64,000 nt of DNA from Candidatus Liptonbacteria bacterium (lineage in GTDB: Bacteria; Patescibacteriota; Minisyncoccia; UBA6257; 2-01-FULL-56-20): NCBI GenBank assembly GCA_016212635.1, contig JACRFR010000018.1, positions 4,080-68,079 on the forward strand. Reading direction: 5' to 3'. The notes beneath the pieces are model-generated. The model made no database searches, was not told the origin of the DNA, and saw only the letters and a program-made list of their open reading frames with translations. This document shows, piece by piece, positions 19,766 through 29,561 of the stretch. The position numbers and the translations under genes are program-made. Position 1 is the first letter of the stretch; each line of letters opens with the position of its first letter.

Positions 19766-19897
19766 GGCGCTGTTCGAAAACCCCAGGTTTGTCATTCCGG
19801 CGAAAGCCGGAATCCAGGTTTTCTTAGTCACTGGATCCCGGGTCAAGCCCGGGATGACGCTCGGCAAGCGGGGGAATCAATGTTTTCGAACAGCGCC
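19766..19897. mobile_element. 132-bp MITE inserted in the polA 3' end
   Basis: TIR GGCGCTGTTCGAAAAC/GTTTTCGAACAGCGCC; 9-bp TSD tacagacct/tgcagacct; 131/132 identical to 60587-60718. Confidence 0.9.
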
Positions 19898-22367
19898 TGC
19901 AGACCTTGACTGATATCGGCACGCCAAGTTCTGGAGCGGCACGCTCCATCGCCTCGCGCAGCACGGGTATGGTTTCTTCTATCTTATCATCGCGTATCTG
20001 GAACAGCAATTCATCATGGATCGAGAGAAGCAGTTGGACCGTACCGTCCCAGGAGTTGCGGCGCACTAATTCCGCGCGCGCTCGAATCATGGCCAGTTTG
20101 ATCAGGTCGGCTCCGGAACCTTGCACGGGATGGTTGATCGCGGCCCGTCCCGCAGCCGCGACCAGGCGCGGGGAGTTGGAGATGAACTCCGGAAAGTAGC
20201 GCCGGCGGCCAGTCAAGGTTTGGGTATAACCCAGAGTACGGGCGGTTTGTTGGGTCGCTTCCTGCCAATCGCGGACGCCCCGAAAATGCTGGAAATACGC
20301 GGCGATAAACTGGCGGGCGGCGGCCCGGTCGATGCCTCCCGTCCGGGCAAAAGCGCTTTCACCCATGCCGTAGATCAAACCGAAGTTCAGGGTTTTGGCG
20401 ATCCGCCGATCCGCATCCGTTACGGCGGAGAGTGGTTTGCCCAAGATCTCGGCGGCAGTGGCACGATGCACGTCGCCACCCTGCCGAAAAACTTGGAGCA
20501 GCTGCGGGTCGCCGGAGAGCACTGCCAGGATGCGCAATTCCAATTGGGAATAGTCCAGAGTAACCAGGGTGTGCCCCGGGTCTGACTGGAAGACACTCCG
20601 CAGCGCCGGCGCCCAAGGCGAGTCGCGGGGAATGTTCTGTAAGTTTGGGTTTTGGGAACTTAAGCGTCCGGTGGCGGTGCCGGTCTGGATAAATTCGGTG
20701 TGAGCGCGGCCTATGGAACGAGCCAGTTCCAAAAGCGGCAGGATGTAGGTGGATCGAATCTTGAAGTGTTCTCGATAAGCCAAGATTGAGGATATGGCCG
20801 GATGTCGGTCCGAGAGTTCGGCCAAGCGCTCCGCGTCGGTGGAACGGCTGGCTCTGACCGCGCTGGGCGGCAGAAGTTTCAGCTCCTCGAAGAGCACGGT
20901 AGCCAGTTGCGCCGGGGAGTTCAGATTGAACTCGTGTCCTATTGATCTATAGATTTTTTGTTCCAGCTCTTGGATGGCCCGGCCTAGTTCGTGCTGGATG
21001 GTTACGAGTCGAGCCGCATCCAAACGAATGCCGCGTTGTTCCATCTCCGCCAAGATCCGGAGCACGGGCATTTCCACTTGTTCGAAAACAGCAAGTAGCT
21101 GATTGTGCTGCAGTTTAGTTCTTAGAGCGGCGTACAGCTCCGCCAAATCGCGCTCGTTTACCCTGTTAGAATCTTCGTTTCTAACGGGGTTTAGCCGGCC
21201 ATCGCGTCCCAAAATACGCGCCGCGACCGTGGCGGGTGCATAATCTTTAAGGTCGGGCTCGAGCAGCCAAAAGGCCACGCCTAAATCGGCGTAGGGCGGT
21301 ACCAAGTCTTGACCTTGTGCCCAGGCCCGTTTCAGGGCGGTTTTTAGATCAAAACCGATCTTGATCCGGCGAGGATCATTTTGCCCGGGCCAGGCCGCCG
21401 TTTGGCTGGAAATTACCCAGCAAGCCCGCGATTCGTCTCCGGCGTCCACGGGGGAAGAAGTTGGAGGGGCGAAAAGGCCGCCGAGAGTCCGGGGAGGCGG
21501 GGTGGGGGTGGTTGGTTTAGGAACCAGAGAATCGAAACCAAGCTGGCGGAAGGTGGCCGCGGGCTCGCCGGGCGCATGGTCTCGCACCCGGAGTTGTTCC
21601 AGGTTCTGGATCGGCAGTTCGGCATCGCGTTTTAAGGTGACTAGTTCGCGGGAAAGCAGTATTTGTTTCCGGAAAGGTTCCAGTTTAGCCCGCAGTTTGG
21701 CATCTTGGGACGATTGCTGAAGCAGCGCATCCAGGGTGTGATATTCGGCCAGCCAACCAGAGGCAGTTTTAGGCCCAACTCCGGGCACACCCGGAACATT
21801 GTCGGAGGCATCGCCCACTAACGCTTTATAATCCACCAGCTGATTCGGGGCCAGGCCATACCGTTCCCGAACGGCGGCGGAGTTGTACACAATGGTGTCG
21901 CTGATCCCTTTTTTAAACGTGCGGATGGCTATGTGGCCGTCGTCGACCAGCTGCAGAGAGTCTAGGTCGCCGGTCAGGACTATGATCTTTAAATCCTCTT
22001 CTCGCCGAAATTTTTCCGCCAGGGTCGCGATAATGTCATCCGCTTCCACGCCGGGACATTCCACGCTGGTGATGCCCAAGATTGCGAAGAGGTCCCGGGC
22101 GGCAATGATCTGGGTTACCAATTCTCCGGGAGTGGGTGGACGCTGGGCTTTATAGGCCGGAAATTGGAGTTTGCGGAAGGTAGGTTCGGGACGGTCGAAC
22201 GCGGCGGCGGCGAAATCCGGTTTGCCTTCGCGCCAAAGTTTCAAGAGGATGCGGGCCACGCCGTAGAGCGCTCCGGTGGGACGGCCATCCGGAGCCGAGA
22301 GCGGCGGCAGGGCGTGAAACATCCGGTGGATGAGCGAGTTGGCGTCTAAGAGGAGGAGGGTTTTCAT
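19824..22367 (-). CDS. polA: DNA polymerase I (C-terminus altered by MITE)
   Basis: 5'-3' exonuclease domain (LLDANSL, EADDIIATL, GDASDNVPGVPGVG); polymerase motifs TGRLSSQNPNLQNIP, DYSQLELR, AKTLNFGLIYG, IHDEL. Confidence 0.97.
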   Translation of the reverse strand: MKTLLLLDANSLIHRMFHALPPLSAPDGRPTGALYGVARILLKLWREGKPDFAAAAFDRPEPTFRKLQFPAYKAQRPPTPGELVTQIIAARDLFAILGITSVECPGVEADDIIATLAEKFRREEDLKIIVLTGDLDSLQLVDDGHIAIRTFKKGISDTIVYNSAAVRERYGLAPNQLVDYKALVGDASDNVPGVPGVGPKTASGWLAEYHTLDALLQQSSQDAKLRAKLEPFRKQILLSRELVTLKRDAELPIQNLEQLRVRDHAPGEPAATFRQLGFDSLVPKPTTPTPPPRTLGGLFAPPTSSPVDAGDESRACWVISSQTAAWPGQNDPRRIKIGFDLKTALKRAWAQGQDLVPPYADLGVAFWLLEPDLKDYAPATVAARILGRDGRLNPVRNEDSNRVNERDLAELYAALRTKLQHNQLLAVFEQVEMPVLRILAEMEQRGIRLDAARLVTIQHELGRAIQELEQKIYRSIGHEFNLNSPAQLATVLFEELKLLPPSAVRASRSTDAERLAELSDRHPAISSILAYREHFKIRSTYILPLLELARSIGRAHTEFIQTGTATGRLSSQNPNLQNIPRDSPWAPALRSVFQSDPGHTLVTLDYSQLELRILAVLSGDPQLLQVFRQGGDVHRATAAEILGKPLSAVTDADRRIAKTLNFGLIYGMGESAFARTGGIDRAAARQFIAAYFQHFRGVRDWQEATQQTARTLGYTQTLTGRRRYFPEFISNSPRLVAAAGRAAINHPVQGSGADLIKLAMIRARAELVRRNSWDGTVQLLLSIHDELLFQIRDDKIEETIPVLREAMERAAPELGVPISVKVCRRCSKTLIPPLAERHPGLDPGSSD

Positions 22368-22427
22368 AAGAGTAATCGCAAATAACGCTAATTGGAGAGG
22401 TAATAACGCGAATGAAACAAGGATTAA

Positions 22428-22919
22428 TTAATTACTAATTTCTAATTTAGATAGCCTCCGCCCGCCGATTTCGATGGCTCGCTCGTGTTCGCGCTGTCCG
22501 TGGTGGAAGCGTAGCCAAACTGTCTGGCGAGAGGGCAGTGCGCGGGGCAAACGATCCGCCCATTCTATTAATACTATATTTTGGGGATCGGCCAGGAGCG
22601 CCGCGAAGTCGAGCGGACCGAGTTGGGCGTGTTGTTGCAGACGGTAAAAATCCAAATGAAACGCCCGTTTCCAGTTTCGCTTTCGGAGGACATACTTTTT
22701 CATCAACACAAACGTGGGGCTGGTCAGGCGGCCGCGCACGCCCAGCGCGCGCAGGAACCCTTGAATAAAGGTGGTCTTGCCGCTGCCTAAATCCCCCGCC
22801 AGGGCGATCACCAGGGCGCGCTTGGGACCGTGATGGGACTTGTTATCCGAGAGGGTTTGCGCCCAGGCCGCTCCCAGTTTTACTGTCGCGCGGGAAGAAC
22901 AGGTTGTAAATTTGGTCAT
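22428..22919 (-). CDS. tsaE: tRNA threonylcarbamoyladenosine biosynthesis ATPase TsaE
   Basis: GDLGSGKTTF, TSPTF, HLDFYRL, IEWAD. Confidence 0.93.
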   Translation of the reverse strand: MTKFTTCSSRATVKLGAAWAQTLSDNKSHHGPKRALVIALAGDLGSGKTTFIQGFLRALGVRGRLTSPTFVLMKKYVLRKRNWKRAFHLDFYRLQQHAQLGPLDFAALLADPQNIVLIEWADRLPRALPSRQTVWLRFHHGQREHERAIEIGGRRLSKLEISN

Positions 22920-23415
22920 ATTGCTTAAATAGGAACAGGCTAGCGCCAGCCAGCGCCAGGGCAACGCCCAGGGCCAACAGCATTATATCCCAAAAACTAC
23001 CCGCTGACCGAACCACTAGGCTGGAGGGATAGGTGTCTTGAGTTAGAACTGCCGCCAACTGGTTGGCTCGTCCCGGAGTCGGCTCCGAGAACCGGAAGTG
23101 GTTCCCAAATCGGCTGAAACTCCGCCCCTCCGACGCCGCACCCAGAAATGCCGCCTGGTCGGCCAACTGACCCCCGGCCGCATACAGACTGACTGCTCCG
23201 CCCTGATTCCCCAGGGTGAGTTTAGTTTCGGACCGAGCAAGCAGCGCATATCCATGGGGAGCGATAACTCCATCCAGGGCCACGCTTTTTTTATTCACCG
23301 CCAACTGCCAGTTTTGGAGATTGACCGGCGCGTCTCCGGTATTTACCAGCTCCACCCATTCGCCCCGGGCATCATTTCCTTTGGGGTTGGGCAGCCATTC
23401 GTTGATGAGAATCAT
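22843..23415 (-). CDS. Lamin-tail-domain membrane protein
   Basis: INEWLPNPKG...EWVELVN...V-L-NWQL, PTPG, C-terminal TM helix. Confidence 0.8.
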   Translation of the reverse strand: MILINEWLPNPKGNDARGEWVELVNTGDAPVNLQNWQLAVNKKSVALDGVIAPHGYALLARSETKLTLGNQGGAVSLYAAGGQLADQAAFLGAASEGRSFSRFGNHFRFSEPTPGRANQLAAVLTQDTYPSSLVVRSAGSFWDIMLLALGVALALAGASLFLFKQYDQIYNLFFPRDSKTGSGLGANPLG

Positions 23416-23432
23416 ATTAAAGAGATTCGAAC

Positions 23433-25946
23433 TTACACTGAATTAAAAAGTGAATTAAATTTCCGCCTCCATTCGTTTTCGAAAATAACTTGGAAATTTA
23501 TATGGCTCTTTTGGAGTGCTAATCCCAAATCGCTCATTTTCTTTTCGTCCGCCATTTTATTGCACACTTCGAAAAGCGACTTTTTGTAATCGGTATCCTC
23601 GTTTTTTAGGTGCACCCCTTTTGTTTCGATTATAAACACCGACCCGCCGACCTTTCCGTTGGCTACGGAGAAAATAAAGTCGGGGTACACTTTTTGTTTT
23701 TTCCACCCTTGAATGGCATAATCGCTACGCGCGACATTCCGGAACCAGAAAAACAACTTGTCCTGGTCCTCTAGATACCATGCCACCGCTTTTTCTGTTT
23801 TGTTAAACTCGTCCTCTGCTACGAATTCAAACAAGCTTCTCTGAAGCGGCTGCCCATCATTTCGTAAGAGTGGGCGTGATAAAGTTTTTGCCTTGATTTG
23901 CTTAGGGAATTTGAAGCCGAGATCGTTTCCGATCACCAGAAACTTCAGTCGTCCCGCGTCAAGAAGTTTTTGAAACACTTGTTTCGAAAGGCGATTTTTC
24001 TCGCTTGAAAGAAGTTTGCGCAATTCCTCGATAACAAAAACAAAATTATTGGCCACCAATTTAATATTGTGCCGGGCAATTAATTCTTTAAGCACCAAGG
24101 CACCGATTTTATAGGAAAGCCATGGATTGGGTACAATATCGAGCAGGTGCCGAGCGAGAAAAACTTCATCTAACTTTAAAGCGCCGCTTCTCAAATGTTT
24201 TACACCCTGTTGTTCGATAAGTTTGTGCGGGTTGGTAGCTAGCGACACGATCTGCTCGATGTCTTTTTCTTCGATGAGGGAGAGGGGAAGCGAATACATC
24301 GGCTCGATATTTATTTCATTCCAGTCAATGCGGCTTGCAATGTCGCGCTCATAATTTACGACCCAAGATTCCCGCCCGTCTTGCATGACGAATACGGGCA
24401 GGATAATCTGGCTCACCGCTTTTTTGAATTTTTCCCGAATCAAAACGTTTTTTTCTCTAACCGCTTCTGATCCTTCAAGGCCTTCGTCCGTTACCACTTG
24501 CCCCGCAAGATCGCCAAGCCCCTCCTGTTCGAATCCTGATCGAATGTTCGACAAAAGAGCGCTGGCTCGTTGTTGGTAGCAAAACACATAACTTTCATCA
24601 AGCTCTTTCACTTTTGTTTTCCTTGCGAACGGCTGACGAAGAATGCGTCCAACGAGCTGGGTTAAAGCATTCTGGGATGTCGGATTTGAAAGAATGGTTA
24701 GCACATACGCAAACGGGCAGTCCCAGCCCTCCTGAAGCGCTTGCTTGGTTATGATGTACCTGATCTGACAATCCCGCGACAAAAGTCCGCCCACGTCATC
24801 GACCTCTTTAAGTTCGTCCTTCTCGCTTGTTTTAGTGGCGATCTGCTCGGCCGGAATGCCCATGGTTTTTATGAGAAACTCGCGCACGTCTTCGGCGTGG
24901 ATACGCCCGCTATCCCTTTGGTCTTTTCCGGTTCGTTCAACTTGAATCAAAACAATCGGGCGGATATAGGCTCCTTTATTCGCCTCGTACTCTTGTGCTT
25001 TTTCTTCTAAAAAACCGCGATGGTTTACCGCCGCCAAAAGTGTATCTTTCCAATCCGTGCTCGCCTTATTGATGATGTGCAGGTCAAGCTTAATCATTCC
25101 CTCCTGATTAAGTTCCGCGCCGCGAATATCAACCAAAATATTGCTTTCTTCCGGCGGTGTTGCGGAAAGTTCAAGAATCATCAAGGGGTTGAAACTGCGA
25201 AGCGTGCTCTGCGCCGTTTCACTGTATGCTTTGTGTCCCTCGTCAAGAATGATTAAAGGATTTAAAAGCCGGAGCGTGTTTCCCAGTGATGTTTTGATCT
25301 GATATTCCCAAAAGTTTCCCGCCTCGCCATAAGTATTGAGGTTGGGAATTTGTTTTAGTAATTCTTGATTGGCCTTGATGTTGTCCTCTGGCGGGAAGAA
25401 GTCCTGAAAACCGCCATTGTCTTTAAACATCCGGAGTGTCTCTTTGTTTTGACGCGAAGCCGACGGCAACATCAGTATAAGGACTACTAGATTTTCGTTT
25501 ATATCGAGCGGGACAAACCGATCCGTTTTCTCCAAAATCGTAGTCCGACCACCACTCGCAATATCAAGGTGTTGCCGATAGGGATGTTCTCGATCTCGTA
25601 AACTTCTTATCGTTTGATTATAAATTTGCGTGGTGGGCACTATCCAAAGAATAAGCCCTGTGCGCTTTTTGAGATAAGTTGTATTGATGAGATCGATCGC
25701 CTTTACGGCAAGCAGTGTTTTGCCGCCGCCGGTTGGGATCTTGAGGCAGAAGTTAGGCAATGGATTACCAATGCCGTTTTTATGCGAGTGATACTTCTTG
25801 CCGACTTCTGCCTTTTCCCACGCCTTCGCCGGAAAATCTATCTCCAGCTCCGGGTTTTGCGCGGCTTTCGTGCGCCAACCATTAAGTTGCTCGAGGTAAT
25901 GCTTGAGCTGTTCCAGGGTCTTTATTTGATAATCCTTGAGTTCCAT
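23433..25946 (-). CDS. Type III restriction endonuclease Res subunit
   Basis: PTGGGKT, DEGH, ALQEGWDCP, QLVGRILR, C-terminal YPDF...IETKG. Confidence 0.88.
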   Translation of the reverse strand: MELKDYQIKTLEQLKHYLEQLNGWRTKAAQNPELEIDFPAKAWEKAEVGKKYHSHKNGIGNPLPNFCLKIPTGGGKTLLAVKAIDLINTTYLKKRTGLILWIVPTTQIYNQTIRSLRDREHPYRQHLDIASGGRTTILEKTDRFVPLDINENLVVLILMLPSASRQNKETLRMFKDNGGFQDFFPPEDNIKANQELLKQIPNLNTYGEAGNFWEYQIKTSLGNTLRLLNPLIILDEGHKAYSETAQSTLRSFNPLMILELSATPPEESNILVDIRGAELNQEGMIKLDLHIINKASTDWKDTLLAAVNHRGFLEEKAQEYEANKGAYIRPIVLIQVERTGKDQRDSGRIHAEDVREFLIKTMGIPAEQIATKTSEKDELKEVDDVGGLLSRDCQIRYIITKQALQEGWDCPFAYVLTILSNPTSQNALTQLVGRILRQPFARKTKVKELDESYVFCYQQRASALLSNIRSGFEQEGLGDLAGQVVTDEGLEGSEAVREKNVLIREKFKKAVSQIILPVFVMQDGRESWVVNYERDIASRIDWNEINIEPMYSLPLSLIEEKDIEQIVSLATNPHKLIEQQGVKHLRSGALKLDEVFLARHLLDIVPNPWLSYKIGALVLKELIARHNIKLVANNFVFVIEELRKLLSSEKNRLSKQVFQKLLDAGRLKFLVIGNDLGFKFPKQIKAKTLSRPLLRNDGQPLQRSLFEFVAEDEFNKTEKAVAWYLEDQDKLFFWFRNVARSDYAIQGWKKQKVYPDFIFSVANGKVGGSVFIIETKGVHLKNEDTDYKKSLFEVCNKMADEKKMSDLGLALQKSHINFQVIFENEWRRKFNSLFNSV

Positions 25947-25954
25947 GGGTCGCC

Positions 25955-26005
25955 TGTGGATAACTGTGGATAACTTTGACTTTCTACATTAATCTCTGCT
26001 ATACT
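25955..26005 (+). promoter_or_regulatory. Tandem TGTGGATAAC boxes plus sigma70 promoter convergent to NYN gene
   Basis: TGTGGATAA at 25955 and 25965; TTGACT(25976)-N18-TATACT(26000) with extended -10 TG. Confidence 0.6.
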
Positions 26006-26009
26006 GCAG

Positions 26010-26067
26010 GCGTAGGAGAAATCCTACTACTCACGCGGTCCCGCCAAAAGCGGGATTTTCGCTTTTT
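26010..26067 (+). ncRNA. Candidate ~55-nt structured RNA convergent with NYN gene
   Basis: GTAGGA-GAAA-TCCTAC hairpin, then TCCCGC-CAAAA-GCGGGA hairpin and U-tract ending at the NYN stop codon. Confidence 0.5.
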
Positions 26068-26737
26068 ATACGTAAAATCTTTTGCCGGTATAAAATTTGC
26101 CAAAGTCAATATATTTATCTTTGATGCCATGTAATTCTCCTGCCACTTTCCCCCGCACGCCAGCAATGCCGATTTTTTTGCCTTTTACTTTCAGTCGTTC
26201 TATTGGTTTTAATAAATCCGAATCGCCAGAGAATAAAATGATTGCTGTCGCTTTTTCGGCATCATCCAGCATATCCATTGCTATTTCCACATCAAAATTA
26301 CACTTCGGCTCTTCAATTATCGTGCCGAATTTATTAAGCTCACTCATTAGCTCCTGAATCTTTTTCCTAACGCCTTCATCAAACAAAGTCAGCGTCCGGC
26401 GCTGGAAGAATAAGCCCTCGTCAATATTTTTTGGAATAAACTTCATCGGTTTTGTTCTTAAAATAGCGCCGGCCGTCCTAATGCGATTATGGAAAGCTTC
26501 GGAGTTTTTCTCGTCTCGCTCATTCAAGCCGTAATAAACCTTAACTTCTTTTATGTTGGGAAAGTTAAACAGTTGCTCCACTATGTCCTCTATGCGGAAT
26601 TTCCACCCTAGAACATCTTGCCAATGGAACATATTCGTTAAATCTAAATAAGCAAAGATTGATGTCTCTTTACTTATCCATTCCAAATAATCTTGTCTCA
26701 CAATAAACTTATTCAAAACGTCTCGTGGAATATCCAT
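26066..26737 (-). CDS. NYN/LabA-DUF88 (PIN-like) domain protein
   Basis: AYLDLTN, KCNFDVEIAMD, LFSGDSDL...L-VKGKKI acidic motifs. Confidence 0.85.
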   Translation of the reverse strand: MDIPRDVLNKFIVRQDYLEWISKETSIFAYLDLTNMFHWQDVLGWKFRIEDIVEQLFNFPNIKEVKVYYGLNERDEKNSEAFHNRIRTAGAILRTKPMKFIPKNIDEGLFFQRRTLTLFDEGVRKKIQELMSELNKFGTIIEEPKCNFDVEIAMDMLDDAEKATAIILFSGDSDLLKPIERLKVKGKKIGIAGVRGKVAGELHGIKDKYIDFGKFYTGKRFYV

Positions 26738-26741
26738 AGCT

Positions 26742-28439
26742 TTATTTCGCCAGTTTATAAATCTCAAACGGCAATTGGGCAAAAACGATGCGGTATCCGT
26801 CCAGTTTTTCCTGGTCTAGATATTTTGTGGGCGCGAAAACCAAGCGCTTCTTTGTTTTCACTTTCCCAAGCTCTTTCGCTTTATCCAGAGTAAGAGCAGT
26901 ATTTTTTAGATAAGCGAGATCTGGCTTGTAGAAAAGATAAACCTCGTATTCTTTGCTTTCGCCGATAAAATTCTTCTTCTCGTTTATTTTCTTTTCGTTG
27001 AATTCCTCGCCGGTCGCGGTATAAAAAACATAGCGCGCGAGTTCGTTGTAGGAAGGCAGATTTTTGCCCGACAAAATGCTTTCCATTTCTATCGGTTTGC
27101 CGAGTTCAAAATAGCTAAATGTTCCACCTAGTCCTTTTTTGAGATTCTCGTCTTTGGCGGTTTTCACTCCCCTGATGACGCGCCGCACTCGCTCCGCGGT
27201 TATTGTGTCAGTGTAATCTTCCATCTCAACGAGGATAAATTTTCGATTGCCACCATCCTCTTTGTTGAGCGCCAAAACTGCGTGAGCAGTCGTGCCAGAA
27301 CCGGCAAAGGAGTCGAGAATTATGGAATCTTTATCTGTTGCAATTTCTACAATTCTTTTCAGTAAACCTAACGGCTTAGGATATTCAATTGTTTTTCTCT
27401 CGAGAATAAGTTTTAAAAGCTTGCCCCCTAATTCCGTATTGACCTCTGAATCCAACCACATTGAACGAGGTTTAGCGGTTTTTTGTTCGCCGTTTCGATT
27501 CAAATAATCTTTAATAAAAATGTCGAATTCATCTCGACCGCTTACTTTTCGGCCATATATTCGATTAATTTCATCCATCACTTTTTTCTTGCCCCACATC
27601 CATCTACCATCCCTTCCGTCAGATTTTCTTGGGAAAACTTCAACTGTGTGATCTTTAGTTTTCTCTAAACTTACAATCCCGTTTTTTGAATTAACATAAA
27701 TTGGAAAAAACATTTCTGGTCTTTCTTCGCGTAAAGAAGCGGCTCCGCGCTGGCGTAAACCAAGTTCTCTCCATTTCTTGCCGTCTTTATCTTGCTGATC
27801 GTATTCATCAATATTTTCTTGTGTCAGAGGCAAACCATTCAAAATTACTTCGTCTATGCCCCTGGTATAACAAAGACAATACTCATGCAACGTAGCAACG
27901 TTTTCATCAGATTGGCGACCGCGCGGATTAGCTTTGATCGAAAAGTTGGTAATGAAGTTTTCTTCGCCAAAAACTTCGTCCATTAAATCTCTTAGATGAT
28001 GTTGTTCATTGTCATCAATCGAAATAAAAATCGCGCCGTCGTCTCGCAATAATTCTCGTAATAACTTTAAGCGCGGTGTCATCATGCACAACCATTTATC
28101 GTGGCGGGTTAGATCGTCGCGATCCACCACCCTCCCCAGCCATTCCTGCATCATCGGAGAATTCACATTGTCGTTATACGCCCATCTTTCATTGCCGGTG
28201 TTGTATGGCGGATCGATGTAAATGCACTTTACCTTGCCCGCATAGGTAGGGAGTAGCGCTTTGAGGGCGACAAGGTTGTCGCCGTGGATAATAAGGCTAT
28301 CATCCAGCCGGACATTGCCTGCCCTTTTATCCTTCCCTTCGACCAAACTCAAGGCAGGTCGCGGAATAAGCTCGCGGTACTTCACCGCCAGATGATGATT
28401 CTGGACGAATTGCTTTCCTTTGAAATTCAGTTGGGCCAT
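26742..28439 (-). CDS. Type III R-M methyltransferase Mod subunit
   Basis: IHGDNL-ALKAL, IYIDPPYNTG, YPKPLGLL, LDSFAGSGTTAHAV. Confidence 0.92.
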   Translation of the reverse strand: MAQLNFKGKQFVQNHHLAVKYRELIPRPALSLVEGKDKRAGNVRLDDSLIIHGDNLVALKALLPTYAGKVKCIYIDPPYNTGNERWAYNDNVNSPMMQEWLGRVVDRDDLTRHDKWLCMMTPRLKLLRELLRDDGAIFISIDDNEQHHLRDLMDEVFGEENFITNFSIKANPRGRQSDENVATLHEYCLCYTRGIDEVILNGLPLTQENIDEYDQQDKDGKKWRELGLRQRGAASLREERPEMFFPIYVNSKNGIVSLEKTKDHTVEVFPRKSDGRDGRWMWGKKKVMDEINRIYGRKVSGRDEFDIFIKDYLNRNGEQKTAKPRSMWLDSEVNTELGGKLLKLILERKTIEYPKPLGLLKRIVEIATDKDSIILDSFAGSGTTAHAVLALNKEDGGNRKFILVEMEDYTDTITAERVRRVIRGVKTAKDENLKKGLGGTFSYFELGKPIEMESILSGKNLPSYNELARYVFYTATGEEFNEKKINEKKNFIGESKEYEVYLFYKPDLAYLKNTALTLDKAKELGKVKTKKRLVFAPTKYLDQEKLDGYRIVFAQLPFEIYKLAK

Positions 28440-28471
28440 TGTTTCGTGAATAAAATGTGTCTTGAATTAAC

Positions 28472-29497
28472 TTACAGCAGTGTTCCTGGCTGTTTTTTTC
28501 CCAAATGCTCATAGGCGGGCGCAAGCGCCACCCGGCCTCCCGGTTTGCGCTGGAGGAAGCCGAGGCTCATCAAAAAGGGCTCGTACACTTCGGCGATCAC
28601 ATCCTCGTCCTCATTCAGCGCCGCCGCCAGGGTGTTCAGGCCTACCGGTCCGCCGCCGAACTTGTCAATTATTGTTTCCAGCAGGCGGCGGTCGTGCGGC
28701 TCCAAGCCTCGCGCATCGATTTCTAGGAGTTCCAGCGCTTCCCGGGCGGCCGGCACGTCGATCGCGCCTTGTCGATGCACTTCGGCGTAGTCGCGCGCGC
28801 GGCGCAACAGCCGGTTAGCCACGCGCGGGGTGGCCCGGGCGGCGGCGGCCAGGATCGAGACCGCCTCCGCCGCGATTGCCGTACCCAAAATTTTCGCGGA
28901 GCGGGCTAGGATCTTTTCAATGTCATGGTCGTGATAGTAGGTTAGCCGGAACGTAGCCCCGAAGCGCGAGCGCAGGGGTTGGGATAAAAGATTCTCGCGA
29001 GTAGTTGCGGCGATCAGGGTGAAGGGGGGCAGGTCGATCATGAGCGCGCGAGCGCTGGGACCCTTACCCACCACTAGGTGGAGTTTGTAACTCTCCATGG
29101 CGGGATAGAGAACTTCCTCGATCATGCGGTTGATCCGGTGCGCCTCGTCGATGAAGAGCACGTCTCGGGGTTCTAGGTTGGTCAAAATGGCGGCCAGGTC
29201 TCCGGTTCGCTCCAGGGCCGGACCGGAAGTTACTTTAACCTGGCTGCCGAGTTCGCGCGCGGTCAGATAGGCCAGAGTGGTCTTGCCTAAGCCCGCCGGT
29301 CCGGAAAAAAGCAGGTGATCCGCCGCTTCCTTCCTTTGTTTGGCGGCCCGCAGTATGACCTGGAGGCTCTTCTTTATGTTCGCTTGACCCACAAAGTCAT
29401 CCCAGTTGGCGGGTCGCAGGGTTAGGTCCAGGGCCGCATCATCCGGTCCGGCATGCACGTTTAAATCCTTATTTTTACTGGCTTTTTTATCATTCAT
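28472..29497 (-). CDS. ruvB: Holliday junction helicase RuvB
   Basis: LRPANWDDFVGQ, GPAGLGKTTLA, FIDEAHR, PLRSRFG, TPRVANRLLRR, EVYEPFL. Confidence 0.97.
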   Translation of the reverse strand: MNDKKASKNKDLNVHAGPDDAALDLTLRPANWDDFVGQANIKKSLQVILRAAKQRKEAADHLLFSGPAGLGKTTLAYLTARELGSQVKVTSGPALERTGDLAAILTNLEPRDVLFIDEAHRINRMIEEVLYPAMESYKLHLVVGKGPSARALMIDLPPFTLIAATTRENLLSQPLRSRFGATFRLTYYHDHDIEKILARSAKILGTAIAAEAVSILAAAARATPRVANRLLRRARDYAEVHRQGAIDVPAAREALELLEIDARGLEPHDRRLLETIIDKFGGGPVGLNTLAAALNEDEDVIAEVYEPFLMSLGFLQRKPGGRVALAPAYEHLGKKQPGTLL

Positions 29498-29526
29498 TAG
29501 AATAGGGGCGGGGTTGGCCAACTCTA

Positions 29527-29555
29527 TTGACAACGAAAATGTTTTGTGCTAGTAT
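29527..29555 (+). promoter_or_regulatory. Sigma70 promoter
   Basis: TTGACA-N17-TAGTAT with extended -10 TG. Confidence 0.7.
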
Positions 29556-29561
29556 CTGTGT

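Noticed and set aside
19712-19867. N-terminal extension of the histidine kinase in the ORF track
   Set aside because: It is translated MITE and polA-tail sequence; the likely start is ATG at 19711.
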